Shown here in pieces: positions 1 through 13,095 of a stretch of 64,000 bases of DNA. Numbering within the stretch: position 1 is the first letter of the stretch; the number at the start of each line of letters is the position of its first letter. The stretch is from Takakia lepidozioides (taxonomy: Eukaryota; Plantae; Bryophyta), in contig CM060732.1 of assembly GCA_030704615.1 (NCBI GenBank), forward strand, positions 77,748,001 through 77,812,000, read 5' to 3'. The translations under genes and the position numbers were made by a program. The notes below the pieces were generated by a model. The model searched no databases. It worked only from the letters and a program-made list of their open reading frames with translations, and was not told the DNA's origin.

Positions 1-2646
1 CGCTGCTTCAATTCAGCAAAAGCTTGGCCACAAAAGGTGTTCCATACCCAGACTTTGGATTTACACAGAAGGTCTGACAGCGGCCCCGCGATCTTGGCGA
101 AATTTCTCACATACTTCCGGTAATAGGAGGCGAGTCCTAGGAAGGATCGCACTCCCGGGACGAAGTCGGAGGCTCCCAGTCCAAGATCGCCCTCACCTTT
201 CTGTCATCCATTTTGATCCCATCCTGTGTAATCACATGCCCAGAACTCCACTTTTGTGACCCCGAATTCGCACTTTGAAGCTTTGGCATACAGCTTCCTT
301 CTCGCAATTTTTGGAACACCCTTTTGAGGTGCTCCGTGCTCCTCCTTTGTTTTCGAGTACACCAAGATGTCGTCGATGTACACGATCACAAAGTCATCCA
401 ACCACTCTGGAAAAGGCTGTTCATCAGCGTGCTAAATGTTGCTGGTGCATTGGTGAGCCCAAAAGGCATCACCAAGAACTCATATGAACCATACCTTGTC
501 CTGCACGCGGTCTTCTCCTCATCTCCTTCCGCCACCCGAATTTGATGATAGCCGGAGCGCAAGTCGATCCGGCTGAAATACTTCGCTCTGCCAACCGATC
601 GAAGAGGTCGTCGATCCTTGGCAAAGGGTACCGGTTTTTGATAGTCACCTTATTCAGAGCCCTGTAATCGACACACATCCGCAGCGTCCCATCTTCTTGT
701 CTGCAAATAGCACCGGGGCTCCGTAAGGTGACTTACTCGGCCGGATGTACCCCTTTGACATTAGATCCTTGAGCTGAGTCTTCAGCTCGACCAACTCTCT
801 GTGGCTCAACCGGTAGGGCGCCTTGGCAGGCGGTTCCGATCCCGGTATCACCTCAATCTTGTGGTCAACTCCTCTTCGCGGTGGCAAGCCGCTTGGTAAA
901 TCCTCCGGCATCACATCCTGGTTTCTCCAAAATCCCCTTGATCCAATCTGGGCTCGGCTCCCCATCGCCTTCTCTTTCACTTCTCTAATGTAAAGCAAAA
1001 AACTGGGGCTCGTGTGCCTCCTCCACGGCCCACTCCCTTGCTGACAGAAGGTTTATTCGCCCTCCACGGATTTGGGCGTTTCCGACACTCGTAAAACCTC
1101 GCCACCATTCCCACATGGCAGCGTGACTACTCTCTTGCGGCCATCTATGACCGCTCCGGATTTGCTCAAAAAGGTCATCCCCAAAATGAGATCCACTCCA
1201 TCGATCTCGCAGATGGTGAAGTTCTCACGTCCCTCCCAACTCCCCAGTTGAAGAGGAACATCAAACGCCAACCTTGTCGCCAATTGTGGTTCTCCTTTGG
1301 CAGAACGCACCTCAATAGAGGCCCCCACGTCACTTGTCGGAGTCCCAACTTTCGCGCCGCCGCGGCGTCATGAAGGAGTGCGACGCTCCTGTGTCCACCA
1401 ACAACGACACGTTAGTTCCGGATATTATCCCATCCACGAAACAATAACTGACTCCCTTTACGCAGGCGCCAGTTTCCTGATACAACTCACAAGAATAGTT
1501 GCCTACCTTGCAAGTCCTGGCGACCACCGCTTCCACCAAGCGACTGATGGTATCTTCCGACAGCTCCGTGGTTGCCCGAGTCATGTTCAATTGTCGAGGT
1601 TTGTGCACTTCTTGGCCATGTGCCCGGGCTCCCCGCAATTGAAACACACTCCATCAAAGGTCGCCTTCTGTCCGCCATAGCCGCTCCACCGCTTTTCCTT
1701 CGAAGCACCGGGTGCCGCCTTGACGTGTGAAGGCCTCCCTTCGATTTCCACGTGCCATTGTCGCCGCGTGGGCCTATCCCACTTCTTTTCCGGTCGGGAG
1801 GAGTCACCTTCCCGCCGGGTCTCTTGTGGTTCAGCTCCGTACGGCCTTGTCTCTCACCCTAGGGACATCCGAGAAACATTCAGCCCTCTCAATTGCCTCG
1901 TTCAAAGTCTTGGGTGGCTTCTCCTCCAACTTCCGCCTGGCCCATGGGGCCAGTCCCGCCACAAAGTTGAAGACCATTTCTGGTTTGCCATGTCCGCGAC
2001 TTCGAGCAACAGCACATTGAAAGCCTGGACATACCCCGAATGTCATCTGTTTGCTTCAAATTCCTCATCTTGTCCGGGCAAGCCAGGACGCGTTGAGGGG
2101 CACAAACTGTCTCTTCATCAATTCCTTGAACCCACTCCAGTTCAAGGTTTCCGGGCTTGGGCCTCGGTCGTGAAGGCGTTTCTGCCACCATTGTTGAGCA
2201 TAGCCCCTCAAATAGGTGGGAGCCACTTCCACCGATCCTCGTCACTCAACTTGGCCGCCCGGAAGTACTGCTAGCTCCAAGAGCCAGGTGTTGAGTGCCT
2301 TCCGATTTCAGACGCCCTCAAAGGTGCCGGGTTCCTTAGGCTTCACCTTAAACTTTGCCTTAGTGGAAGTGGCATTAGCCGCCTTCAACACGTCTTTCAA
2401 CGTCCCGCCAAACTGCGCCAACAACCCTTCCCAAAAGGCTGCCGGCATGGGAGGCATCTGTTGGTCGGTCGGAGCTCTCACGGATTCCTCCGACTCCTCG
2501 GATTCCTCCCGCTCTTGAGCGGCCCTCGCTTTTAAAAACTGCATCGCTTCCTCAAACGGCCGCTCGGTGACACGTCCCCCATCGGGCTCACCAGGATCAT
2601 CATCTTTTGGGCCGTTCCGCTTTCGCTTTGGCTTGCCCGACCCCAT
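1..2646 (-). pseudogene. gag-pol of Ty3 family 1, multiply frameshifted
   Basis: ORF fragments 2308-2700, 1889-2245, 1831-2046, 1330-1647, 1053-1328, 654-998, 469-678, 204-401 and 137-319 carry successive gag/PR/RT motifs in changing frames. Confidence 0.9.
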
Positions 2647-2687
2647 GATGAGGCCAATCCCAAGGACGATCGCGTACTGAACTCTAA

Positions 2688-2699
2688 GCTCTGATACCA
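2688..2699 (-). promoter_or_regulatory. Primer binding site complementary to initiator tRNA-Met
   Basis: Minus strand TGGTATCAGAGC, 2 nt inside the LTR end. Confidence 0.92.
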
Positions 2700-2701
2700 A
2701 G

Positions 2702-3417
2702 TGTCGCGCACCTCACTTCGGTAAGCTCCCCTTCAAGTCATAGTTACTCGCTTTGATGCGCGCGCCTGACTCCAACCTGGCCGCCGGGCCAACTTGGAGC
2801 TTCGGCTGCTCACCGGGACATAACGGTCCCCCTTGCTTTCCACTAAACCCTCCACCTATTTGGGACTAGGAGAATTCCTTTGGTAGATGGCAGTCCGGAA
2901 CAGCTCCCCACTCTTTGGTCGCTTTCCGGCTCGCTCGCTTACTCACTAGTTTTTGGTCACCAACGGGCTTGCACCGTTCTCGGGGTCACTACTCCCTTAT
3001 ATATACTTCTGTAGCTGTCCGCGGGGATTTCACAACCAGCCATGCCATTTTATGGCGAACCACCACGAAAACCCTCGACTCCGGTGATGAGTCGCGGTGA
3101 GTCTTGGCCACTCACCACGGCCCCTATGGACCGTGATGAGTCCCAAGACTCCCCACGACTCCCACCACGAGATCTCCGCCCCCATGGTGAGTCCTATGCC
3201 ACCCCACTAAGTCCCGCTAAGCTACCACCACCCTTGTGGAGCCACCCCACCGCAACCCGGTGTGCGGGGCTCCACTAGTGAGCGCCTCCGCTTCCTGAGT
3301 GCCTTGGGCACTCAAGGGTGCTTCAGCCCCCCCATACCTAGTCTGCCGCTGCCCCCACCACAGGGGCAGCCCCTCGTGTGTCCCGACCCCCTGCCCTCAA
3401 GGCAAAGGGCCGCGACA
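2702..3417 (-). repeat. 5' LTR of Ty3 family 1 (716 bp)
   Basis: Termini TGTCGCG...CGCGACA; TATA near 2997-3006; homologous to 63033-63754. Confidence 0.93.
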
Positions 3418-6400
3418 TTCTGCGAGGTGGAATGTAAGCTCCTTGTGAATCATAACAAGATCAATACCATAATTGGAGAAAAATGGAGTTTGCTTGGTCG
3501 AAGAATGTATAGTGTTGTTGTAGGCAAACTCAGCCAATGATAGAAGGTCCGTCCAATTATCTTGGTGATAATTTATCGTACAACGAAGATATTGTTCCAA
3601 AATCTGGTTTACACGTTCGGTTTGACCATCAGTCTGTGGATGATTAGCTGTAGAGAAGTTGATCTTAGTATTCAATATGTGAAATAATCCCTTCCAAAAA
3701 TTTGATATGAACTGTGGTCCTCGATCAGATACGATGTCCTTCGGGAGTCCATGAATGCGGTAGATATTATTGAAGAAGAGTCTTGCAGTTTTCTCGCCGG
3801 TAACCGTCTTATTACATGGAATGAAATGTGTCATCTTCGTAAAACGATCTACAATAACAAGGATTGAATCGGTGGTCTTGGAAATTAGAAGGTCTGTAAT
3901 AAAGTCCATAGACACGGACGACCATAGACCCTTGGGAATGGGTAATGGTTGAAGAAGGCCATAAGGTCGATGTCGTGGTCCCTTTGCTCTAGCATACGTG
4001 TCGCAAGATTTTATAAATTCTTTCACGAGTTTCCACATCTGTGGCCACCAATAGTCCCTGGATATCAGTTCCATTGTTTTGTTGAAGCCGAAATGTCCTA
4101 CAGCCGGAAGATCATGACATGCTTGAAGAATTCGAAGTCGTATAGGTCATAGAGGTACACAGAGAAGTCCCTTGAAATAAAATAAGTCATCTTTGAATTC
4201 GAAGTCGTTTGTAACATGTGGGTTGTCTCGAGGTCGATTTAGTTGACTTCGTAGTGTCGTGGCAAATTGGTCGCTCTTCAGTGCTTCCTGGATCTCCTTT
4301 ATGATATCTACATCGTCATAGGTGGACATGGATAGCATATTCACTTGGAGATTTGCTGGTTTCAAGATGATGGATTTCTGCTGGTCAAAAGCTGCATCCC
4401 CTTCTTTTGGCGCAAGATACGATTGTCGAGAAAGAACATCTGATTTTCCTTAAAGATGTCCGGGACGGTAGGTAATAACAAAATCAAACATTGCTAGTGA
4501 CATACTCCATCTCGCTTGACGTCGATTCAAAACACGAGCACTCATAAAATACTCAAGGTTTTTGTAATCAGTATAGAATGTGGCCTGATGTTTAGCTCTC
4601 TCCAATAGATGACGCCACTCCTCAAAAGCATCAATAATCGCTAGAAGTTTTTCGTCATGGATTTCATAATTGATCTCCGCAGCGGAAAATTTGCGAGAAC
4701 GAAAATCAACAAGGTGAAGGCGGCCATCTGTACCGTATTGAGAGAATACCACGCCAAGTGTAAAGTCCGATGCATCTGCTTCCAAAAAGAATGGTTTAGA
4801 TGGGTCTGCATGTACCAGTATTGGAGCCGTTGTGAATGTCTGCTTCAGCCTTTCAAATGTTTGGTCAGCCTTCTCGTCCCATACAAATTTATCCTTCCAT
4901 GTGAGTCGTGTCAATGGTGCAACAATTTTGGAGTAGTCATTGATGAAGATTCTATAGAAATTTGCAAATCCTAGAAAACATTGTACATTTCGGACCGAAG
5001 TTGGTTTAATCCACTCGATGATGGTTTGTATTTTCTTCTGATCCATGAAGACTCATTTGTCGGAAATAATGTAGCCCAGAAATTCGACTTCAGATTGGTG
5101 GAAAAGACATTTTTCCAACTTGGCATATAATCATTTTTTCCCTCAATTTATCAAGGACAAGGCGTACATGGTGATCATGTTCTTCTTTATTCTGTGAAAA
5201 TATCAAAATGTCGTCTAAATAGATGACTACAAAGTCATCTAAAATTCTCGAAAGATGTCATTCATCATGTGTTGAAAAATTGCTGGAGCATTTGTAAGAC
5301 CGAAAGACACAACACTATATTCGAAATGTCCCTACCTTGTGCGAAAAAGTAGTCTTCCAGTCGTCTCCTTCTTGTATTCGTATAATAAGGTTGTAAGCTC
5401 CTCTCAATTCGATCTTTGTGAAAAAAATTGCTTGTCCAAGTTATTCGAGTAGTCCGAAAATCAGCGGTAGTGGGTAACGATTTTTTATACTGATTTTGTT
5501 GAGCCCACGATAGTCCCCCACATGCGTATAATCCGTCATTCTCTTCACAAATAGATAGGTGCTCCGCACATGATCTTTTGGAGACTAGATGATATTGGAA
5601 ACAATCTGTGATGCTTGAATTTTATCTCGCTTCATTCCAAAAGGGGTCGAGTTTCATTTTCAATATTTTCCGATGCTAACGGTCGTCCATCGATGACTTC
5701 AACAGGGCCGAGAATTTCGTTCCTTACGAGCGTTAAATTGTGTTGGCTTGCTTTGGCGCAAATCTTGTCAATAACCACGCTGAAGCGCCGCGTCCAAAAG
5801 GCTTCTACGGAGATAATCTCGATTTTTGCATCCTGATCTTTACTGGAACTGTGAACAAGGTATAGAGTCTGGAGGTAGAAAACGACATTTTTTGGTGAGG
5901 AATTTGGGGTGTCCACCGCATGGTCCCTACTACTGTGACTGGACATCTCGTTTTTTTCGACCTCATCGTATTGAACACTTGAGTTGTGCCCCGAGTTTTG
6001 AATGTTCTTTTGTTGGGGCAGTTTAATGTTATCTTCTTCTCCGCAATAAAGGCATAATCCATTCGAACGCCGTCTTTGTTTTTCTTGTGGCAACGGCTTG
6101 AATCGGACAACATCAATATGCATAGGATCATTAACAGATTCTGATGGATCGTTGTGTTTAGTGCCGTAGTAGCAGCGGTATTGTGCGTCGTCGACTATCC
6201 AAATCGCTTCTCTTGACGTCTTTCGAACAAACGATTATCGCATGCAATGACTTGCGTGATGAATTCACTCAGTGTACTCACATTTGGCATTGTCAGCAAC
6301 AAATCTTTTACATCCTCTTTTAAGCCACATCGAAACTGACTAATGAGACTCTTCTCATTCCAGTCGAGGTCGCACGCAAGTTGTCGAAATTCGGCAGCAT

Positions 6401-7044
6401 AAACGGAAGCTGGACGTGCTCCTTGTCAAAGATTTCGCATCTTTGTCTCTGCAACTCTCTCTTTATCATTTTCTCCAAACGTTGCAGTGAACTCGGACAT
6501 GAACGCTTCAAAATTGTATAGTAAATGTGAATTTTTCACTAATAGCGGTGCAAACCAAGATAGGGCAGTGCCGGATAGGCTTCTATGTTTAACCTAGTAT
6601 GGTGGACAATCAATCATTAAGGCGACTATCTCTTGTTCCATATGGCATACTGATGTAACAATGGAGCAATGATATGACAAGCTGATGGCTTTAAAGAGAT
6701 TTGGTAACATGCTACAATGTAGGGCAGACCTGTTTTCATGACCAGACAATGTTCTTGAATGTACAAGCATTGGAAACTTAGCCTTTTTTAGAAGCTGGTT
6801 ACTTTAAGACACTTGATACCATGCCAAACTGATATGGATGTTTGAAGATCCATTGTTCGACTCCTTCACCTCTGAAATTTGTTGTTGCAAATTGTTGAGA
6901 GCGTTGTCAAGATCTTGAGACTGATCAGCTTGTAATTGGGCAGTAGAGGCACAAAGTTTTTGCATCTGGAGCTGAAGACTCTCCAATGTGGCAACCATTT
7001 CCACAAATGTGCCTTCCATCTTAACTAACTAAGCAACAAACTTT

Positions 7045-7055
7045 AGTCTCGCCAA
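7045..7055 (-). promoter_or_regulatory. Non-tRNA (self-priming) primer binding site
   Basis: Minus strand TTGGCGAGACT, 2 nt from the LTR; exact complement of AGTCTCGCCAA at 7326-7316, about 30 nt downstream of the LTR TATA box. Confidence 0.75.
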
Positions 7056-7057
7056 AC

Positions 7058-7670
7058 TGTCAAGGACGAGAACATGACTGAACACAAACAAGAGATCAGA
7101 CTAGAGGTATAAGACTAGACAAGGAGTCAAGGTTGGCGTGGCCAAATGCATGGTGGATAAACATGAATCAAGATGATCTTTATAACAATGGACAAAAGTA
7201 CAAGATACTGGAACTCGACTCGAATACTAGAATGCTGGAAACTGGACTTGGATACCAGATACTGGAAATTGGACTGGAGTACTGGGATTGGGAACAAGAG
7301 TAGCTTGAACTTGTGTTGGCGAGACTGAAGAGTGTCCAGTCTCGCCTCCTATATATACTGGCTACTAATAAGCTCTTCCCTAAGAAGCTTCCCCTATGGA
7401 GGTTTTTTGCTGGAGAAGTTTCCAAGATTAACCAAAGGTTTCTTGATGGAGAAGCTTCTTTAAACAAAAGAGGTATCTTGATGGAGAAGTTACCTCCAAA
7501 GGAAGCTTCCTGAGCAGTTTCCCAAGTTACTATTGGTAATTTGGTAAACTCCCGACAACTTGATAAGTAATGGTAAATCATGATAGATCATGGTAACTTC
7601 CGATAACATTATAACTTGGTAACTTCTGGTATTTACTCTTAGTAAGTTCATCTGGGCTATGTCCGTGACA
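7058..7670 (-). repeat. 5' LTR of Ty3 family 2
   Basis: TGTCA...TGACA termini; inverted homolog of 12460-13095 and 8256-8810. Confidence 0.93.
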
Positions 7671-8255
7671 ATACCCAAGCAGTAACCCGTGTCACTATCC
7701 TTGTCGCATGTAGAATACATGGGGGAGGAGAGGAGAGAATGAGTGGGCCCTGCTGCTGAAATTAGACATCTACCTCTTCCACATGCTACGCGCAATGATG
7801 AAACAAACTATTAAGAGAGCTACAACTCTCACAATGAGTACCACCACCGCGTTCGTGTCATGGAGCAATAGTAGGATCACCAAAACCAGTTCGATGATTT
7901 CATGAGCAACATCATGAGTGAGTTTAGTTGTTGTGTGCAGACGGGAGGGAGTTGTGAGGAATGTCGATAGAGATGTCCCTTTGCATGAAATGCATCTCGC
8001 TTGTTTCCAAGAACGAAGAAGAACAAAGAAGTTGGAAAAGAAGAAGGACTTGGAACTCTTTTGGATTTTCAATAGTACATCATGAATAACTCATTTATAC
8101 AATTAGTTAGCTTTTTGCACACTAAAACTCAATTGTCTATTCTCAAACCTAAGCTTTTTAAATTTCTTAAAGTCTCTCTGAAACAAAAAATGTGAGATAT
8201 ACTTATCTGCAAGTAAAACAAGGAAACAGATGGATGAGAAGTTTTCTAAAAGAGG

Positions 8256-8810
8256 TGTCACAGATATAGCCCAAAGGAACCTACTAGGAGTAAATACCAG
8301 AAGTTACCAAGTTACCGGAAGTTACCACGACTTATCGTGATTTACCATGATCTACCATGATTTACCATTACTTACCAAGTTTAGGGGAGTTTACCAAATT
8401 ACCAATAGTAACTTGGGAAACTGCTCAGGAAGCTTCTTTTGGAGGAAACTTCTCCATCAAGAAACCTTTGTTTAATCTTAGAAACTTCTCCAGCAAGAAA
8501 CCTCCATAGGGTAAGCTTATCAGGGAAGCTTCTTAGTAGCCATTATATATAGGAGGCGAGACTGGACACTCTTCAGTCTCGCCAACACCAGTTCAAGCTA
8601 CTCTTGTTTCCAGTTCCCAGTATCATAGCCCAGTTTCCAGTATTTTGGTACTCCAGTCCAGTTTTCAGCATTCCAGTATTCAAGTCGTGTTCCAATATCT
8701 TGTACCCTTGTTCATTGTTATAAAGATCGCCTAGATTCCTATTTACTCATCGTGCATACGGCCACGCCGACCTTAACTTCTTGCCTAGTCTTGTACCTCT
8801 AGTCTGATCT
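8256..8810 (+). repeat. 5' LTR of family 2 copy, 3'-truncated
   Basis: Matches 12460-~13059 and then breaks into unrelated sequence; terminal ~35 bp and PBS absent. Confidence 0.9.
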
Positions 8811-11800
8811 GTCGTGCGCATACATATCGCTACACAACTACATCGCTGTCCAAAACCACACAACACGTGTGCACACCACACACTAGTATATCACTAGTCC
8901 ACCACTAGTGCAGCCACTAGTCCAACCACTAGGCTACAACTAATCAGTCACTAAGCTGTCACTATGCTGCCCACTATGGCAGTCACTAGTCCACACAATC
9001 GCCCCCCTAGCTGGTGCTTAGGTCCCTCTAAGTCTAGGTAGCCACAAGATGTGATAGTGACCATAGCCTCACTAAGTCCTCCACCACTGTCCCTACTACA
9101 CTCAAACTCGATAGATCAAGAGGCCGGGTGCAAGAGTTCTTCTTCCAAGCTCTGAAACCCTAGGTGCACATTCCATGGCCTTGCCGCACCTCTTAGCTCC
9201 TGTTCCAGCCTTGCTCTTGCCATGACAAGAGCCCTTTCAATGCTGAAACTCGAGATTGAAACCCACTCTCAACATACTCCACAAAGTGCACTGATTTGCC
9301 CCAAGCCAAATCAACCCTTTCGCTTGGTCTTGCAATCCTTCACACAATGAAAGCTCGCATTCCCAAGTCCAGTTCTCAGCTTTGCCACCAAAGCCACTAT
9401 AACCTGCTCTTGACTGGTCCTCTTCCCAATCATGCTTGCTCATGCATGTATACAATCTGAAACCATCAAGGTGCTCTGGAATTACCTGCAGTATGGTGCT
9501 TTCATCTCTGAAGCTGAAGATCGACTGCCAAGGTCTACCACCTCGTAACCCACATCGCCTCCGCTTCTAACAACCAAGAGCTCCACGGTGCTCCTTGCAT
9601 AACAACCTGGTTTCTCTCATTCTCAAGCAAAAACCACAAGTGCTACAACTAACTCGTATCTGAGTCTTTATGGATCAGAGAAACCATCATCGAGTGGATT
9701 AAACCAACTTCGGTCTGATATGTACAATATTTTTTAGGATTTGCAAATTTCTATAGAATCTTCATCAAGGGCTACTCCAGAATTGCTGCACCATTGACAC
9801 GACTCACATGGAAGGACAAATTTGTATGGGACGAGAAGGCTGACCAAGCATTTGAAAGGTTGAAGCAGACATTCACAACGGCTCCAATACTGGTACATGC
9901 AGACCCATCTAAACCATTCTTTTTGGAAGCAGATGCATCGGACTTTTTGGCGCGGTACTCTCTCAATACGGTACAGATGGTCGACTTCACCTTGTTGATT
10001 TTCGTTCTCGCAAATTTTCCGCTGCGGAGATCAGTTATGAAATCCATGACAAAGAACTTCTAATGATTATTGATGTTTTTGAGGAGTGACGTCATCTATT
10101 GGAGGGAGCTAAACGTCAGGTCACAGTCTATACCGATCGCAAAAACCTCGAGTATTTTATGAGTGCTCGTGTTTTGAATCGACGTCAAGCGAGATGGAGT
10201 ATGTCACTAGCAAGGTTTGATTTTGTTATTACCTACCGTCTTGAACATCTTCAAGGAAAACCAGATGTTTTTTCTCGACGATCGTATCTTGCGCCAAAAG
10301 AAGGGGATGCAGCTTTTGACCAGCAGAAATCCATCATCTTGAAACCAGCAAATCTCCAAGTGAATATGCTATCCATGTCCACCTATGACGATGTAGATAT
10401 CATAAAGGAGATCCAGGAAGCACTGAAGAGCGACCAATTTGCCACGACACTACGAAGTCAACTAAATCGACCTCGAGACAACCCACATGTTACAAACGAC
10501 TTCGAATTCAAAGATGACTTACTTTATTTCAAGGGACTTCTCTATGTACCTCCAGGACCTATACGACTTCGAATTCTTCAAGCATGTCATGATCTTCCGG
10601 CTGTAGGACATTTCGGCTTCAACAAAATAATGGAACTGATATGCAGGGACTATTGATGGCCACAGATGTGGAAACTCGTGAAAGAATTTATAAAATCTTG
10701 CGACACGTGTGCTAGAGCGAAGGGACCACGACATCAACCTTACGGCCTTCTTCAACTATTATCCATTCCCAAGGGTCCATGGTCGTCCGTGTCTATGGAC
10801 TTTATTACAGACCTTCCAATTTCCAAGAGCACCGATTCAATCCTTGTTATTGTAGATCGTTTTACAAAGATGACACATTTTATTCCATGTAATAAGACGG
10901 TTACCGGCGAGGAAACTGCAAGACTCTTCCTCAATAATATCTACCGCATTCATGGACTCCCGAAAGACATCGTATCTGATCGAAGACCACAGTTCATATC
11001 GAAATTCTGGAGGGGATTATTTCACATATTGAATACTAAGATCAACTTCTCTACGGCTAATCATCCACAAACTGATGGTCAAACCGAACGTGTAAACCAG
11101 ATTTTGGAACAATATCTTCGCTGTACGATAAATTATCACCAAGATAATTGGATGGACCTTCTATCATTGGCTGAGTTTGCCTACAACAACACTATACATT
11201 CTTCGACCAAGCAAACTCCATTTTTCTCCAATTATGGTCATCATCCTCGAGCAAACTCTTTCCACATGAAGACTGTTGGAAACCTGCTACAGAAAACCTT
11301 GCTACTTACCTTGCTATGATTCACAATGAGTTTACATTCCACCTCGCAGAAGCTCAAAAACAATACAAGGAGTATGCAGATCAACGTCGCCAACTCCAAC
11401 CCCAGTTCAAGGTCAGAGATCGTGTGTGGCTTCTTCGACGGGACATACAAACCTTGCGACCATCAAGGAAGTTGGATTATCAACGCCTGGGACCATTCAA
11501 AATTATTCGACAAATAAATCCGGTCAGTTTTCGGCTTGAACTCCCACGAAGTATGCGCATCCATCCAGTCTTTCATGTTTCATTATTGGAGTTGTATCAT
11601 CCATCGAATATTCCAGGGAGAGTCTCCGTACCATCTCCACCAATCGAAGTCAATCAGGAAATTGAGTATAAAGTTGACGAAGTCTTAGACTCTCGCATCA
11701 AGTATAAACGTCTTGAATATTTCGTACATTGGAAAGGCTACGACATCAGCGAACAAACATGAGAACCTTCATCCAACCTCGCCAATACATCTGAAAAAGT

Positions 11801-12459
11801 CCAAGAGTTTTATCAACGATATCCAGTTAAGTCCCGCTCTACACGTTAATAAGACGTCACAATGATGATGTTAGCCAAGTTAGCTTCAAGGTGAAAACTC
11901 CACATTCAATGTATCTGATACACGCTAAGGAAGGAGGAGCACCACATATCAGTATATATAACTACACTTCCAGCACTCTTGTATATTGTATTGGCAGTAT
12001 GGAGTCACAGGAACCAGATACATTGGAGTTGTCGCTTACCCAGCTATCAAATCAGCCGTTCCGACTCTCACGACCTTCAACATCACGCCGACGTTCTCGA
12101 AACGATGAACATCATTGCGACGCGTACTTCTTGTCTGGACCCCGTACGACGGCAAGTGGAGCCTACTCGAAGTCTGATAATTCTGTTGGAGGTTGAGGTT
12201 GAGGTTTCAGACGCAGAGCGCAACGGAATCATGTTTGAAGGCAACTTCGAGAATCAAAATACTCAAATCACTGTGTGGTTCCAAGTTCAAGGTGCTGGAC
12301 ACTATCGATGGTTGTAGGGACCTATAAATCATTTGAGTCAAGAATGAAGAGCCGAATACTTGGCGAGTACCATTCGCCGGATTTTGGATTTTCTCCAACT
12401 CTAAGCAAGTCCAAGATTTTACCGCTTCTCGAGGAACTCGGCGCTAGAGGAGGGGGTGA

Positions 12460-13095
12460 TGTCACGGACATAGCCCAGAGGAACTTACTAGGAATAAATA
12501 CCAGAAGTTACCAAGTTACCATATTACCATGATTTATTGTGATTTATCATGATCTACCATGATTTATCAAAACTTACCAAGTTACGGGGAGTTTACCAAA
12601 TTATCAATAGTAACTTGGGAAACTGCTCAGGAAGCTTCTTTTGGAGGAAACTTCTCCATCAAGATACCTCATTTGTTTAAAGAAGCTTCTCCATCAAGAA
12701 ACCTTTGTTTAATCTTAGAAACTTCTCCAGCAAGAAACCTCCATAGGGGAAGCTTCTCAGGGAAGCTTCTCAGGGAAGCTTCTTAGTAACCAGTATATAT
12801 AGGAGGCGAGACTGGACACTCTTCAGTCTCGCCAACACCAGTTCAAGCTACTCTTGTTTCCAGTTCCCAGTATCATAGCCCAGTTTCCAGTATTTGGTAC
12901 TCCAGTCCAGTTTTCAGCATTCCAGTATTCAAGTCGTGTTCCAATATCTTGTACCCTTGTTCATTGTTATAAAGATCGTCTTGATTCCTATTTACTCATC
13001 GTGCATACGACCACGCCGACCTTAACTTCTTGCCTAGTCTTGTACCTCTAGTCTGATCTCTTGTTTGTGTTCAGTTATGTTCTCGTCCTTTGACA
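12460..13095 (+). repeat. 3' LTR of family 2 copy
   Basis: TGTCA...TGACA, preceded by a PPT and followed by the TSD. Confidence 0.95.

Larger units (their letters stand above)
1..3417 (-). mobile_element. Ty3/gypsy LTR retrotransposon family 1 (chromovirus-like, possibly Galadriel), 5' part; runs off the left edge; nested in the integrase of a family 2 element
   Basis: 5' LTR 2702-3417, Met-tRNA PBS, then frameshifted gag (zinc knuckle CFNCGEPGHMAKKC), protease (LVDTGASHSF) and RT ([32 protein letters not shown]) in Ty3 order. Confidence 0.95.
3418..7670 (-). mobile_element. Ty3/gypsy family 2 (Tcn1-like chromovirus), decayed; 3' part displaced by the family 1 insertion
   Basis: 5' LTR 7058-7670; gag (LSGTALSWFAPL; CLYCG), RT, RNase H ([20 protein letters not shown]) and integrase (SVSMDFITDL, IVSDRGPQF, HPQTDGQTERVNQ) fragments. 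Confidence 0.93.
8256..13095 (+). mobile_element. Ty3/gypsy family 2 (Tcn1-like chromovirus), internally deleted copy
   Basis: TSD AGAGG (8251-8255 / 13096-13100); two LTRs; PPT AGAGGAGGGGG before 12460; RNase H, integrase with GPF motif and chromodomain (EYKVDEVLDSR..LEYFVHWKGY); gag, PR and most of RT missing. Confidence 0.96.
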
